A stretch of 64,000 bases of DNA from an uncultured candidatus Porisulfidus sp. (GCA_965215125.1 OZ244052.1:2016001-2080000), one strand, 5' to 3'. Positions 31,629 to 41,748 are shown, numbered from the stretch's first letter. Notes: a model not told the origin generated them from the sequence alone. A program made the numbers and translations.

Positions 31629-32906
31629 TTAAAATTGATCCTCCTCGGTTGAACCGGTTAGCGCAGTGACGGATGAAGTGCCACCTTGGATTACGGTAGT
31701 TACATCATCAAAGTATCCGGTGCCTACTTCGGCTTGGTGGCTTGAAAAGGTATAGCCTCTATCGAGTGCCGAAAATTCCTTTTCCTGCACCATATCTACA
31801 TAAGCCGTCATACCGTTCTTAACATAGTTATCGGCTAAATCAAACATGTGGTACCACATATTGTGTATGCCGGCTAGCGTAATAAACTGATATTTATAAC
31901 CCATTGCACCCAATTCTTGTTGGAACTTGGCGATCATCTTCTCGTCTAGATTTTTGCGCCAATTAAAGGAGGGTGAACAGTTATATGCAAGCATTTGCTC
32001 GGGGAATTGCTCGTGGATTGCATCGGCAAACTTTTGCGCTTCGGCTAAATCGGGTACTGCGGTCTCGCACCACAGTAGATCTGCATACGGAGCATACGCA
32101 AGCCCTCTTGCAATCGCTTGATCCAGTCCCGCCTTAGTACGATAAAAGCCTTCCACGGTACGCTCGCCGGTGATAAAAGGTTTATCGTAGGGGTCTACAT
32201 CCGAAGTCAGTAGGGTTGCGGCGTTGGCATCGGTGCGTGCGAGTAATACGGTGGGAACACCACAGACATCTGCTGCCAGCCTAGCTGCAATCAATTTCTG
32301 TATCGCTTCGCTCGTCGGTACCAGCACTTTGCCGCCCATGTGTCCGCATTTTTTAGCGGAGGCGAGTTGGTCTTCGTAATGTACGCCGGCAGCTCCCGCT
32401 TCAATCATCGCTTTCATTAATTCAAAGGCATTGAGCACACCACCGAAGCCGGCCTCGGCATCGGCGACGATAGGAGCGAAGAAGTCTATCTCGGATTCAC
32501 CTTTTTTCCATTGTATCTGATCGGCGCGTTGGAAAGCATTATTGATTCTGGCAACCACCGCAGGTACCGAATTGGCAGGGTAGAGTGATTGGTCGGGGTA
32601 CATCGCGCAGGCTAAATTAGCGTCGGCTGCTACTTGCCAACCGGAAAGATAAATTGCCTTGACACCGGCTTTAACTTGTTGCACCGCCTGTCCGCCGGTC
32701 AACGCACCCAAGCAATTGATATACGGTTCTTCGTTTAATAAGCTCCATAGTTTTTCCGACCCCAAACGAGCATAAGCGTAGGCCCTGCGTACCGAACCGC
32801 TCAGACGAACAACATCTTCGGCACTGTAGGTGCGTTTGACGTTTTTCCAACGTGGGTTGTTGTCCCAGTCTTTTTGTATTTCGGCTATCATTTTTTCTCT
32901 GTTCAC
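31629..32906 (-). CDS. aceA: Isocitrate lyase
   Basis: [28 protein letters not shown]; GTG start at 32906 follows GGAGGA. Confidence 0.97.
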   Translation of the reverse strand: MNREKMIAEIQKDWDNNPRWKNVKRTYSAEDVVRLSGSVRRAYAYARLGSEKLWSLLNEEPYINCLGALTGGQAVQQVKAGVKAIYLSGWQVAADANLACAMYPDQSLYPANSVPAVVARINNAFQRADQIQWKKGESEIDFFAPIVADAEAGFGGVLNAFELMKAMIEAGAAGVHYEDQLASAKKCGHMGGKVLVPTSEAIQKLIAARLAADVCGVPTVLLARTDANAATLLTSDVDPYDKPFITGERTVEGFYRTKAGLDQAIARGLAYAPYADLLWCETAVPDLAEAQKFADAIHEQFPEQMLAYNCSPSFNWRKNLDEKMIAKFQQELGAMGYKYQFITLAGIHNMWYHMFDLADNYVKNGMTAYVDMVQEKEFSALDRGYTFSSHQAEVGTGYFDDVTTVIQGGTSSVTALTGSTEEDQF

Positions 32907-33228
32907 TTTTTCCTCCGTTAAACAAATGGATTTAGCAATAAACACTTACTTCGAAAGCAAGTATACTTTTAAGGTTTATTCGGTTTTTCCAATAAATTGG
33001 AATTCTCATCATTCTATGTAGCTTATAGGTCTTGGTATAGATATACGACACAAAGGCGGCAGGATCTAAAAGCTGATATGCAGTTCAATCGGCAATCCGC
33101 AAGCCATCAACTTCCGTATATAATAACAGCATAAGACTATCGCTTCAATAGTTTATAGAGATGAACTTTAATTTCCGACCTACATTTATATTTGCCGAGC
33201 ATTTGGTAAAATACCGCTATTATAGCTT

Positions 33229-35826
33229 ATGAGAACCGCAAACGATATCAGGCAATCTTTTTTAGATTTTTTCGAGGCAAAGGAACATAGCGTCGTGCCT
33301 TCGAGCCCACTTATACCCGCCAACGACCCAACATTGTTGTTTACCAATGCCGGGATGGTGCAGTTTAAGGATATTTTCTTGGGTAAAGCGCAAGCACCGT
33401 ATCAACGGGCGGTCAGCAGTCAGCGTTGTATACGTGCGGGTGGCAAGCATAACGATTTAGAGAATGTGGGTTATACCTATCGCCATCATACATTCTTTGA
33501 AATGCTGGGCAATTTTAGTTTTGGTGATTATTTCAAAAGAGAAGCGATTGCTTATGCGTGGGAGTATATCGGCGACATATTGGCGTTGCCGGTAGATAGG
33601 TTATGGGTTACGGTTTTTGAGAAAGACGACGAAGCTGCCGATATTTGGCTCAAAGATATAGGAATTAAACCCGAGCGTTTGGTTCGCATCGGCGAGCGCG
33701 ATAACTTTTGGGCAATGGGTGAGGTAGGTCCGTGTGGTCCTTGCACCGAGATATTTTATGATCACGGTGAAAAAATTGCCGGCGGTGCGCCCGGCACCGC
33801 CGAGCAGGACGGCGATCGCTATGTAGAGTTATGGAATCTTGTGTTCATGCAGTACGAGAGGAACGCTGCCGGCGAATTGTCGGATTTGCCGAAGCCCTCG
33901 GTAGATACCGGCATGGGGCTTGAGCGTATCACTGCGGTGATGCAAGGGGAGTATGATAATTATCGCACCGATTTATTTTTACCCTTGATTGAAGCGGTCG
34001 CAAATCTGAGTTCCGCCGAGTATTTGGGTGACACCTCGCAAAAGGTGATTGCCGACCATCTTCGTTCCGGTAGTTTTTTGATTGCCGACGGTGTCGTGCC
34101 GTCGAAGGAGGGACGAGGCTATGTATTAAGGCGGATTATTCGTCGCGCTTTACGCTACGGTCATAAACTTGGTATGGAGGAGCCTTTCTTTCATAAATTA
34201 GTGTTGCCACTGGTAAAAAATATGGCTGATGCGTATCCGATATTAAAGGAAAAACAAACACATATAATGGAAACCTTAAAAAAAGAAGAGCTACGTTTCG
34301 GCGAAACTTTGAATGTAGGTTTGAGTATTTTGGAAGACCACATCAAGGAGATGTCGTCTGATGTTTTGGCGGGTGATCTGGCATTTAAGCTCTACGATAC
34401 TTATGGCTTTCCGTTGGATATCACCGAAGATATTGCTCGGGAACATAACCTGAAGGTCGATCGTGTCGCTTTCAACCGTCTGATGGACGAGCAACGCTCG
34501 CAGGCTAAGCGGGCGAGTTGCTTCGTGGACAATACCGAGATATTGGATATTACCTTACCGGCACAGGCTTTCAGTGGTTATCAAAAAACTCTGGAGCAGA
34601 GTGTTGTCAAGGAGATCTTCTGCAACGGACAAAAAGTTGAGGCGATCAATTCCGGAGAGGCGGCGACGATATTATTAGACAGCACGCCGTTTTATGCCGA
34701 GTCGGGCGGTCAAGTCGGTGATATAGGGCGGTTAGAGTCGGAATCGGCATTGTTTGAGGTGGAGGATACCCAAAAACAGAGTGATTATCATAAGCACATA
34801 GGTGTGCTCAAGCGAGGGACTTTGACCGTGGGCGAATCAGTGCAGGCGTGCATAGACGATGTGCGCAGAAAGGCTATCGTATTGAATCACTCGGCAACCC
34901 ACTTATTGCACGCCGCGTTGAGGCTGGTATTGGGTGAAGGCGTTGCACAGAAGGGTTCTTTGGTGACCGATACGCATTTGCGTTTTGATTTTTCGCACCA
35001 CACCGCAGTGACCGACGATGAGATTAAGCGCATAGAACAAATCGTCAACGAGCAAATACGCCTAAACATCAAGACCGAAGATGAAGTTATGCCCAAAGAC
35101 GAAGCAATGAAGCGCGGCGCACTTGCGTTGTTCGGAGAAAAATACGGCGAGACGGTGCGGGTGATCGGAATGGGGGATTTTTCTACCGAACTGTGCGGCG
35201 GTACGCATATCGATAGAACCGGTGATATCGGTTTGTTTAAGATCATCTCGGAAGGTGGTGTTGCGGCGGGGGTGCGCCGTATAGAAGCGGTTACCGGCAA
35301 AGCTGCGATAACACGAATGCAAGCGGATGAGTTGTGTCTGGAGACATTGCAGTCGTTATTAAAAACTTCGGCTACCGAGATTACCGATAAAGTCAAGCAG
35401 CTGCTACAAACGAATAAACGGCTGAAGAAAGAGATAGAAAAGCTGGCAACCACCGCCGACGGTGATGGTGCGTTGCTCTCTAAAGCACAGGAGATAGCAG
35501 GCATACAAGTTGTGGCAGCGCGGGTTGAACACGCCGACGCAAAAATAATGCGCAAACTGGTCGACCAAATGAAAATGAAGCTCGGAGATGCTGCGATTAT
35601 TTTAGGTGCCGAGAAAGACGATAAGGCGATATTGATCGCCGGCGTTAGCAAAAGCTGTGTAGACCGCATCTCGGCGCAACGATTGATTAATGCAATCGCG
35701 TCACAGGTCGACGGTAAAGGCGGCGGACGCGACGATATGGCGGAAGCCGGCGGTAAAAACCCGGCAGCTTTGGATAAAGCATTGGCATCGGTTCCCGAGT
35801 GGGTGCGCAAACATTTGGCAGCTTGA
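33229..35826 (+). CDS. alaS: Alanine--tRNA ligase
   Basis: LLFTNAGMVQFK, HHTFFEMLGNFSFGDYFK, DTGMGLER, HSATHLL, ELCGGTH. Confidence 0.98.
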   Translation: MRTANDIRQSFLDFFEAKEHSVVPSSPLIPANDPTLLFTNAGMVQFKDIFLGKAQAPYQRAVSSQRCIRAGGKHNDLENVGYTYRHHTFFEMLGNFSFGDYFKREAIAYAWEYIGDILALPVDRLWVTVFEKDDEAADIWLKDIGIKPERLVRIGERDNFWAMGEVGPCGPCTEIFYDHGEKIAGGAPGTAEQDGDRYVELWNLVFMQYERNAAGELSDLPKPSVDTGMGLERITAVMQGEYDNYRTDLFLPLIEAVANLSSAEYLGDTSQKVIADHLRSGSFLIADGVVPSKEGRGYVLRRIIRRALRYGHKLGMEEPFFHKLVLPLVKNMADAYPILKEKQTHIMETLKKEELRFGETLNVGLSILEDHIKEMSSDVLAGDLAFKLYDTYGFPLDITEDIAREHNLKVDRVAFNRLMDEQRSQAKRASCFVDNTEILDITLPAQAFSGYQKTLEQSVVKEIFCNGQKVEAINSGEAATILLDSTPFYAESGGQVGDIGRLESESALFEVEDTQKQSDYHKHIGVLKRGTLTVGESVQACIDDVRRKAIVLNHSATHLLHAALRLVLGEGVAQKGSLVTDTHLRFDFSHHTAVTDDEIKRIEQIVNEQIRLNIKTEDEVMPKDEAMKRGALALFGEKYGETVRVIGMGDFSTELCGGTHIDRTGDIGLFKIISEGGVAAGVRRIEAVTGKAAITRMQADELCLETLQSLLKTSATEITDKVKQLLQTNKRLKKEIEKLATTADGDGALLSKAQEIAGIQVVAARVEHADAKIMRKLVDQMKMKLGDAAIILGAEKDDKAILIAGVSKSCVDRISAQRLINAIASQVDGKGGGRDDMAEAGGKNPAALDKALASVPEWVRKHLAA

Positions 35827-35827
35827 G

Positions 35828-36457
35828 GTGCGCACACGGATTAAATTCTGCGGCATAAACAAGCAGTCCGATTTCGCTTATGCGGCATCACTGGGTGCGG
35901 ATATCGTGGGGTTGGTTTTCTATGAGGCGAGTCCTCGCTATATTGATATTGCGCATGCGCAAAGCCTAATGCACAAAGCCGATAGATCGTTAAAAGTAGC
36001 GGCTTTGTTCATGGATGCCGACCATGATTTTATCGCCGACATAGCCAAGCAGATCAATGTGGATTATATACAATTTCACGGCACCGAATCGGTGGCGTTT
36101 TGTACTTCGTTTTCTTTACCTTATATCAAAGCGATACCCATGGCAGACGAAGCACAGGCAAACGAAATGATAGAAGCGCATCGCAATAGTGCGGACATAC
36201 TGTTGCTGGATGGCCATCGTGTCGGAATGCCCGGTGGCGGAGGGATTACTTTTGATTGGCGGGACCTCTCTAATATCAATGCTTCAATATTCGTTGCCGG
36301 TGGATTGAATCCCGAAAATGTAGCACAAGCCATTGCACAATGCCGTCCGCAAGGTGTGGATGTCAGTAGCGGTGTTGAATCAACCGTCGGAGTCAAGGAC
36401 CCTGCATTGATGAAAGCCTTTGCTCAAGCGGTACTGCGTGCCGATTCGAAACGATAA
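35828..36457 (+). CDS. trpF: Phosphoribosylanthranilate isomerase
   Basis: RIKFCGI, QFHG.E, LLDG..GGGGITFDW, AGGLNPENV, VDVSSGVE; GTG start just after the alaS stop. Confidence 0.95.
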   Translation: MRTRIKFCGINKQSDFAYAASLGADIVGLVFYEASPRYIDIAHAQSLMHKADRSLKVAALFMDADHDFIADIAKQINVDYIQFHGTESVAFCTSFSLPYIKAIPMADEAQANEMIEAHRNSADILLLDGHRVGMPGGGGITFDWRDLSNINASIFVAGGLNPENVAQAIAQCRPQGVDVSSGVESTVGVKDPALMKAFAQAVLRADSKR

Positions 36458-36487
36458 GAATGGTTGCAGCGCATTCTGCACAAGCTA

Positions 36488-36523
36488 ATTCCCCTCCTGT
36501 GGAGGGGTGGCAGGCGCAGCCTG
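36488..36523 (+). repeat. CCCCTCC repeat module at the left edge of the prophage remnant
   Basis: ATTCCCCTCCTGTGGAGGGGTGGCAGGCGCAGCCTG, cut short before the usual ACGGGGTGGT. Confidence 0.8.
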
Positions 36524-36644
36524 TGTGCGGTGACAGAGAATTTGACAGAAGCGATTTTTAGCGGGATTTGACGGAATTTGGCGGTATTGCTTGCTTTCCG
36601 AGCGCAAAAGAAGTCTCGCGTGCTGTCACTGGCTCGCAACGGGG

Positions 36645-36657
36645 AATCAATGACTTA
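36645..36657 (+). promoter_or_regulatory. Candidate IHF binding site in an att-like region
   Basis: AATCAATGACTTA is an exact match to WATCAANNNNTTR; TGACAGA direct repeats lie ~110 bp upstream. Confidence 0.45.
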
Positions 36658-36841
36658 CGAGCCGAACTTTCGCGCAATAAATCGGTGAATTTTAGGGTAT
36701 TAAACCTGTTTTAACCTTTGTTTAATTAGCTTTCAAAGGATTATTGAATGTGTATTTAACATAACGTAACCTTCGCGCTAACTCGCGCGCACAAACCTTT
36801 GTACAAAAACGGCACTTTTATACAAGTAATGCCCTGCTATT

Positions 36842-37327
36842 TTAGGCTAACGGCAGGCTGATAAATCGGGCGATAATCTCCTCAATTTCACTGCGACCTT
36901 CGTTTGATAATCCGAGAAACGGACGCGCCGGAATATCTCCCCAAGGAATAGGGCGGCCGTGCCTATCACTACCAAAGCTACCTCTTCCTGAACCAAATTG
37001 ATGTGTAGCTGCGTAGATAACATTAGTGCCTGCGATGGCATAATCTTTACCGAAGGCTGATGTGATACTGTTTGCGAGCCGACCTGTTTGCTGTAGCTTC
37101 TGCCCCGGCCAATAGCCGGATTTCTCGCGCTGTTTGATTGTTGTGTCCGACAACGGCACCCATGTCTCACCATTCGGTGCTTGTTCGGACTGAAAGGCTT
37201 CCTCAATATTATCTACCAACACACCGGCAATCGCCTGCATTGCAGGTGATAGGTCGTCACCGCGACGTGCCAGAAAGTTTAATGATTGCAGTGCCTTTTT
37301 GTCTTTGATTTTAATATCTATTTTCAT
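36842..37327 (-). CDS. Phage virion morphogenesis protein (Mu gpG-like)
   Basis: F.SEQAPNGETWVPLS..T, L.QTGRLANSI, GTNVIYAATHQFG, IPARPFLGLS. Confidence 0.92.
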   Translation of the reverse strand: MKIDIKIKDKKALQSLNFLARRGDDLSPAMQAIAGVLVDNIEEAFQSEQAPNGETWVPLSDTTIKQREKSGYWPGQKLQQTGRLANSITSAFGKDYAIAGTNVIYAATHQFGSGRGSFGSDRHGRPIPWGDIPARPFLGLSNEGRSEIEEIIARFISLPLA

Positions 37328-37342
37328 TATGCTATACTTTAA

Positions 37343-37441
37343 GTGAGGGTTGTGCGGACTGAATTATCAGAGTTAGGTCGCCAACATAATTTAGTAATCA
37401 TTAAGTGCCTAACCACTTAAGCGAAATCACCCAACCCTCAC
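37343..37441 (+). ncRNA. Candidate structured small RNA convergent with the MuF-nuclease gene
   Basis: Extended -10 TGCTATACT at 37330-37338; 10-bp terminal stem GTGAGGGTTG/CAACCCTCAC; internal 7-bp hairpin whose CCTAAC loop is complementary to GTTAGG (37372-37377). Confidence 0.5.
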
Positions 37442-37449
37442 CCTTTAAT

Positions 37450-38787
37450 CTACTTATTTTCATACAACAACACACCCTTGCGTTGATTGTTAATATAGTT
37501 TACTTTACTGGTAAATATAGCATTCAGAAACAAACTGCCATCTTGATTTTCTCGCACAATAATCAGCATGTTTTTTTTGCTCTTAAAAGATTTTATAAAT
37601 TGCCTGCGAAAGCCATCTTTGTATTCTGTCAACCAAACCTCATTAGGCTTTTCTAGCGTCGGTAATATAAAGTTAGCAAACCTTTCTCTTTGGTGCTCTC
37701 GCTTCAGCATCATATGTCGCATATGCTGAAGTTTAACAAAAACTGGTTCAACTGGTGTATTGATTTGCCTCCAACCCTTGCCCTGAAAAATGACTCTGTT
37801 AATTTGCTTTAAGGCTCCGCTTAACGATTGTGCGCTAGGCAAAACTTTAGGTGTCTCATCTAAAAATTTAGAAGGATAATCTTTTATGCTGGGTAATCCG
37901 TAGTCTTTATAGTTTGGTTGATTGGGTTCTATGATGGCGACACCTTTGCCACGACCGCCGACTTGATCGGGCAATGCGCCGAGCTTATCCCACAAAGCCC
38001 ACCTAGCACCCGGGTTATAACCGAAGCTGGCATCGGGTGCCTCTAAAAATGTTTGGCCCGCCGCATCCTTGCCTCGATACCTGACAGCTTGTTGGGTTAG
38101 CACTTCGCCTGTATATTTATCAACGCCGACTTCTTGAGTGAAGGTCTCCAGATGTCCTTCACTCGTACCAACTTTCAGTCCACGAGATTTAACTTGTCGC
38201 TCGGTTAGTGTCCGCACACGACACCGGCAATTCCAGCCGTTAGGCGGATAAAAGGTGTCCCAGAACGGATCGTCAAAGCGGAAGACTTTGCCATGTAGCT
38301 TGCGGTGCGCCGGACGAGTGCGAGAGTCCATCACGGCGAGGTATTGCCAGTATTTTCTTGTACCGATGCGCTGTGTTGCCAGTTCTACCTGTTGTTTGTA
38401 TCTACCCGCACTATAAGCGGTATTTAAGTTGGTTCTAAAGATGGTTTTAAGCCTATTTACCGAACCCAGTTGCACTAGTTCAGCGGTGCCGTCGGGAGCC
38501 TCTTTTACGCGTCTACCCCACCAGCCGAGCTTCTGCAGTTTCGGTTGTAGTTCTTTCTTATAAGTATGGAAAGCGATACCTTCGGAGATTGCTTTATCGG
38601 TCTCATTACGGATAGCCCGCAATACTTCCATTTTGGTAGCTTTGGCAATCGTGAATGCTTTCGCGTTTGCTTCGGCTAGCGATTCGTGCCAGTCCCATGT
38701 GATACGATAGCCTTTACTTCTAAAGTATTCAATAGCATCACTCGGTTGGAGTTTAACCGCAAACCCGAGATCAACTGCTTCAGGCAT
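37450..38787 (-). CDS. MuF (Mu gp30-like) minor head protein with a C-terminal PBECR2-like nuclease domain
   Basis: AFTIAK, RLKTIFRTN..AYSAGRY, YLAVMDSRTRPAH..HG..F..DDPFW..YPPNGWNCRC (MuF); tail RERF..ILPTLEKPNEVW..RRQFIK..YINNQRKGVLLY recalls PBECR2. Confidence 0.85.
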   Translation of the reverse strand: MPEAVDLGFAVKLQPSDAIEYFRSKGYRITWDWHESLAEANAKAFTIAKATKMEVLRAIRNETDKAISEGIAFHTYKKELQPKLQKLGWWGRRVKEAPDGTAELVQLGSVNRLKTIFRTNLNTAYSAGRYKQQVELATQRIGTRKYWQYLAVMDSRTRPAHRKLHGKVFRFDDPFWDTFYPPNGWNCRCRVRTLTERQVKSRGLKVGTSEGHLETFTQEVGVDKYTGEVLTQQAVRYRGKDAAGQTFLEAPDASFGYNPGARWALWDKLGALPDQVGGRGKGVAIIEPNQPNYKDYGLPSIKDYPSKFLDETPKVLPSAQSLSGALKQINRVIFQGKGWRQINTPVEPVFVKLQHMRHMMLKREHQRERFANFILPTLEKPNEVWLTEYKDGFRRQFIKSFKSKKNMLIIVRENQDGSLFLNAIFTSKVNYINNQRKGVLLYENK

Positions 38788-39140
38788 TGAGCCGACCCCA
38801 AGTATCTGCGGCGAATATGATCCTTGTCAATAAATCATGCAAACTTTCGCCATCCATATTTGGATATCGCTCGGCGAGCAGACCCAGAATATAATCGGGA
38901 TTCTCGTCTATGGCATCAAGCAACGGTTGTGCTAAAGATTCAGCTATTTGTTGCTGTGTATTATTGTCTATGGATGACAGTATTGCCTCCAACGCCTCTT
39001 CCACATCGGCAGTCTCGGCAAAGTCCGATGTTTGATTACCCGCCGGTGGTGCGATCGGTATTCCAACATCGTCTACTTCAATCTTATAAGTCTGTTCAAT
39101 ATGTTCTTTCGTTGGACGATAGCCCATACGATAGATAATT
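38780..39140 (-). pseudogene. C-terminal fragment of a Mu gp29-like (DUF935) portal protein
   Basis: YRMGYRPT.EHIEQTY..DFAE..LAERYPNMD..L.RIIFAADTWGR; overlaps the MuF start as in Mu-like phages; 5' part replaced by IS sequence. Confidence 0.75.
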
Positions 39141-39580
39141 TCATCTGCTGGTCTCGGCTCCAGTGGAACATGATCTTGCATCTAAACTCGGTGCCATTGT
39201 CGCAGACGATGCGTGCCGGCTTTGCGCCGAGCCGGCCTATCAATTCAGATAGATAATCTGCTACAGATTTGCCGGTAATCGAAACATCAACAATCTGCCC
39301 GACACATTCACGGCTGAAGTTATCTACTATGTTCAATATCCGAAAGCGTCTACCGTCGCTGAGCTGGTCATGCACAAAGTCCATTGACCAGCACTCATTG
39401 ACCCTAGTCGGTGTTGTCGGCACGCCACGTGGACGACACAGCTTCTTGCGCTTCTTAGTTCTCAATTCAAGCCCGAGCTTCTTATGAAGCCTATAGGTGC
39501 GCTTCACATTGACCACCCGTCCTTCGCTCTTTAGAAGCGCATGTAGCATCTTATAGCCATAATGCGGATACTAGATTGCC
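39135..39580 (-). pseudogene. IS3-family transposase OrfB fragment
   Basis: YGYKMLHALL..VNVKRTYRL..NECWSMDFVHDQLSDGRRFRILNIVDNFSRECV..IVCDNGTEF; ends before the catalytic Glu region; in-frame TAG upstream; no IRs found. Confidence 0.85.
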
Positions 39581-39637
39581 TTCTCCAATCCTGTGCCGAC
39601 ACAACATCCTGTGTTTAGCATAAATGTCTCCGAATAA

Positions 39638-39674
39638 CCGTAGGGACTGACTATTCCCCTCCCAAGCAGAGGAA
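39638..39674 (+). repeat. Degenerate GTAGG-CCCCTCC module at the right edge of the prophage remnant
   Basis: CCGTAGGGACTGACTATTCCCCTCCC, cf. CCGTAGGGACGGACTATTCCCCTCCT near 63670. Confidence 0.65.
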
Positions 39675-39736
39675 TATGGAAAAATCACATAGAGACTATA
39701 TAATAGTCGGAAGTTCGCATTTACCTTAAAATCAAT

Positions 39737-40927
39737 ATGAAAGCACAAGAGCAAAAAGCCGATATATCCGGACATTTCGGTCCTTACGGAGGACGCTTTG
39801 TCTCGGAGACCCTGATGTGGCCCTTAGAGGAATTGGAAGCCGCTTATCTGCGCTATAAAGACGATGCCGATTTCATTGCCGAATACGAGAACGATCTGCG
39901 CGATTATGTAGGCAGGCCGAGTCCGCTTTATCTTGCGGCGCGATGGAGCGAGATTTTAGGTGGTGCACAGATTTACTTAAAGCGAGAGGACTTAAATCAT
40001 ACCGGTGCCCATAAGATCAATAGTGCTTTGGGTCAAGCTTTGCTCGCCAAGCGTATGGGTAAACAGCGAATTATTGCCGAAACCGGTGCCGGTCAGCACG
40101 GTGTCGCAACGGCGACGGTGGCTGCGCGTTTGGGTTTGGAGTGTGTTATCTATATGGGTGATGAGGATATCAAACGACAAAAACCCAATGTATATCGCAT
40201 GGAATTGCTCGGAGCCGAGGTCGTTCCGGTAAAAAGCGGTTCGCGTACCTTGAAAGACGCGCTCAACGAAGCGATGCGCGATTGGGTGACCTATGTAGAT
40301 CAAACCTTCTATATTATCGGGACGGTTGCAGGACCTCACCCTTATCCAACAATGGTTAGGCATTTTCAATCGGTGATAGGACGCGAGACCAGACAACAAA
40401 TTCTGGAGTTGAACGGCGCACTGCCGAGTGCGTTGCTCGCTTGTGTCGGTGGCGGCTCCAATGCGCTGGGTTTATTCCATGCTTTTCTGGGCGACGAAAC
40501 CGTTGAATTGTACGGTGTAGAAGCCGGCGGCGAAGGCTTGGAGGGCGATCGACATTCGGCATCGCTCAGTGCAGGCAAGCCGGGGGTGTTGCACGGTAAC
40601 CGCACTTATTTACTGGAGGATGGCGACGGGCAGATACTACCGGCACATTCGGTATCGGCGGGTTTGGATTATCCCGGAGTCGGTCCCGAACACGCATGGC
40701 TGAAAGATACCGGCAGAGTCTCCTATGTTACCGTCACCGACGGTCAAGCCTTGGATGCATTCCACCAATTAACCCGTTGCGAAGGTATTATCCCTGCTTT
40801 GGAAACCAGCCATGCCTTAGCTTATACCACACAACTCGCAAAACGCTATGCGCATACCGATGCGATCGTTGTCAATTTATCGGGGAGAGGGGATAAAGAT
40901 TTAGAGACGGTTCGCAGCTTCGTCTAA
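39737..40927 (+). CDS. trpB: Tryptophan synthase beta chain
   Basis: [54 protein letters not shown]. Confidence 0.98.
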   Translation: MKAQEQKADISGHFGPYGGRFVSETLMWPLEELEAAYLRYKDDADFIAEYENDLRDYVGRPSPLYLAARWSEILGGAQIYLKREDLNHTGAHKINSALGQALLAKRMGKQRIIAETGAGQHGVATATVAARLGLECVIYMGDEDIKRQKPNVYRMELLGAEVVPVKSGSRTLKDALNEAMRDWVTYVDQTFYIIGTVAGPHPYPTMVRHFQSVIGRETRQQILELNGALPSALLACVGGGSNALGLFHAFLGDETVELYGVEAGGEGLEGDRHSASLSAGKPGVLHGNRTYLLEDGDGQILPAHSVSAGLDYPGVGPEHAWLKDTGRVSYVTVTDGQALDAFHQLTRCEGIIPALETSHALAYTTQLAKRYAHTDAIVVNLSGRGDKDLETVRSFV

Positions 40928-40932
40928 AACGA

Positions 40933-41748
40933 ATGGCTAAAACCCGCATCGGCACATGTTTTGATTCGTTGGCGACGTCCGGTCGCACGGCGTTGATACC
41001 TTATATTATGGCGGGCGATCCGAACCCCGATGCAAGCGTGCCGCTGATGCATACATTGGTTGAAAACGGTGGTGATTTAATAGAGTTGGGCATCCCCTTT
41101 TCGGATCCGATGGCAGACGGACCGGTTATACAAGCTGCCGGTGAGCGCGCACTGCACCATCGGATAAGCATACACGATGTAATCAACACGGTTGCCGAGT
41201 TCCGATTAAAGAATAACGACACGCCCGTTGTCTTGATGACGTATCAGAATCCTATCGAAGCGATGGGAGAGCTGCAATTCGTAAAATCTGCGGTGCAAGC
41301 GGGTGTAGACGGCGTATTGGTCGTTGATTTGCCGATTGAAGAAGCCGGCGCGCTATTGAGGGCAACCGAACGCGAGGCTTTGGATATCATTTTTTTGGTA
41401 TCGCCTACGACGACGAATGAGCGATTGAAGCGTATTGCGCAAGTGGCGAGCGGTTTCCTTTACTATGTGTCTTTGAAAGGTGTGACCGGTGCCAAGCATA
41501 TAGACTTAAAACAAATAGCCGATAAGGTAAAGCAGTTTAAGAATATAATAACGATACCGACGGCAGTGGGGTTCGGGATACACGATGCGCAACATGCTAG
41601 GCAAGTTGCGCAGTTGGCGGATGCCGTCGTGGTCGGCAGCGCAATTGTGCGCATCATAGAGCAACATGCCGATGCCGATTATCGGCTAGCGGTAGCCGAT
41701 TTTGTCGCTGCGTTGCGCAATGCCATGGATGCCGAAATTGGCGATTGA
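40933..41748 (+). CDS. trpA: Tryptophan synthase alpha chain
   Basis: ELGIPFSDPMADGPVIQ, YYVSLKGVTG, VGFGI, VVVGSA. Confidence 0.98.
   Translation: MAKTRIGTCFDSLATSGRTALIPYIMAGDPNPDASVPLMHTLVENGGDLIELGIPFSDPMADGPVIQAAGERALHHRISIHDVINTVAEFRLKNNDTPVVLMTYQNPIEAMGELQFVKSAVQAGVDGVLVVDLPIEEAGALLRATEREALDIIFLVSPTTTNERLKRIAQVASGFLYYVSLKGVTGAKHIDLKQIADKVKQFKNIITIPTAVGFGIHDAQHARQVAQLADAVVVGSAIVRIIEQHADADYRLAVADFVAALRNAMDAEIGD

Larger units (their letters stand above)
36524..39610 (-). mobile_element. Mu-like prophage remnant (portal fragment, MuF head protein, gpG-like) with an IS3 fragment
   Basis: Consecutive Mu gp29/gp30/gp31-like genes on the minus strand interrupting trpF-trpB; no other phage genes present; edges approximate. 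Confidence 0.85.

Noticed and set aside
34887-35837. 316-aa antisense ORF, and other long shadow ORFs such as 12871-13647
   Set aside because: Lie wholly opposite well-supported genes and have no recognisable motifs
37405-37656. 83-aa + strand ORF as an immunity protein for the MuF nuclease
   Set aside because: Antisense overlap with the toxin domain, no SD, and starts inside the predicted RNA hairpin
36519-39611. Mu-type TG...CA ends with a 5-bp target duplication (GCCTG / TCCTG)
   Set aside because: Only a 4/5 match, no matching end repeats on the right, and the interrupted host repeat does not resume there
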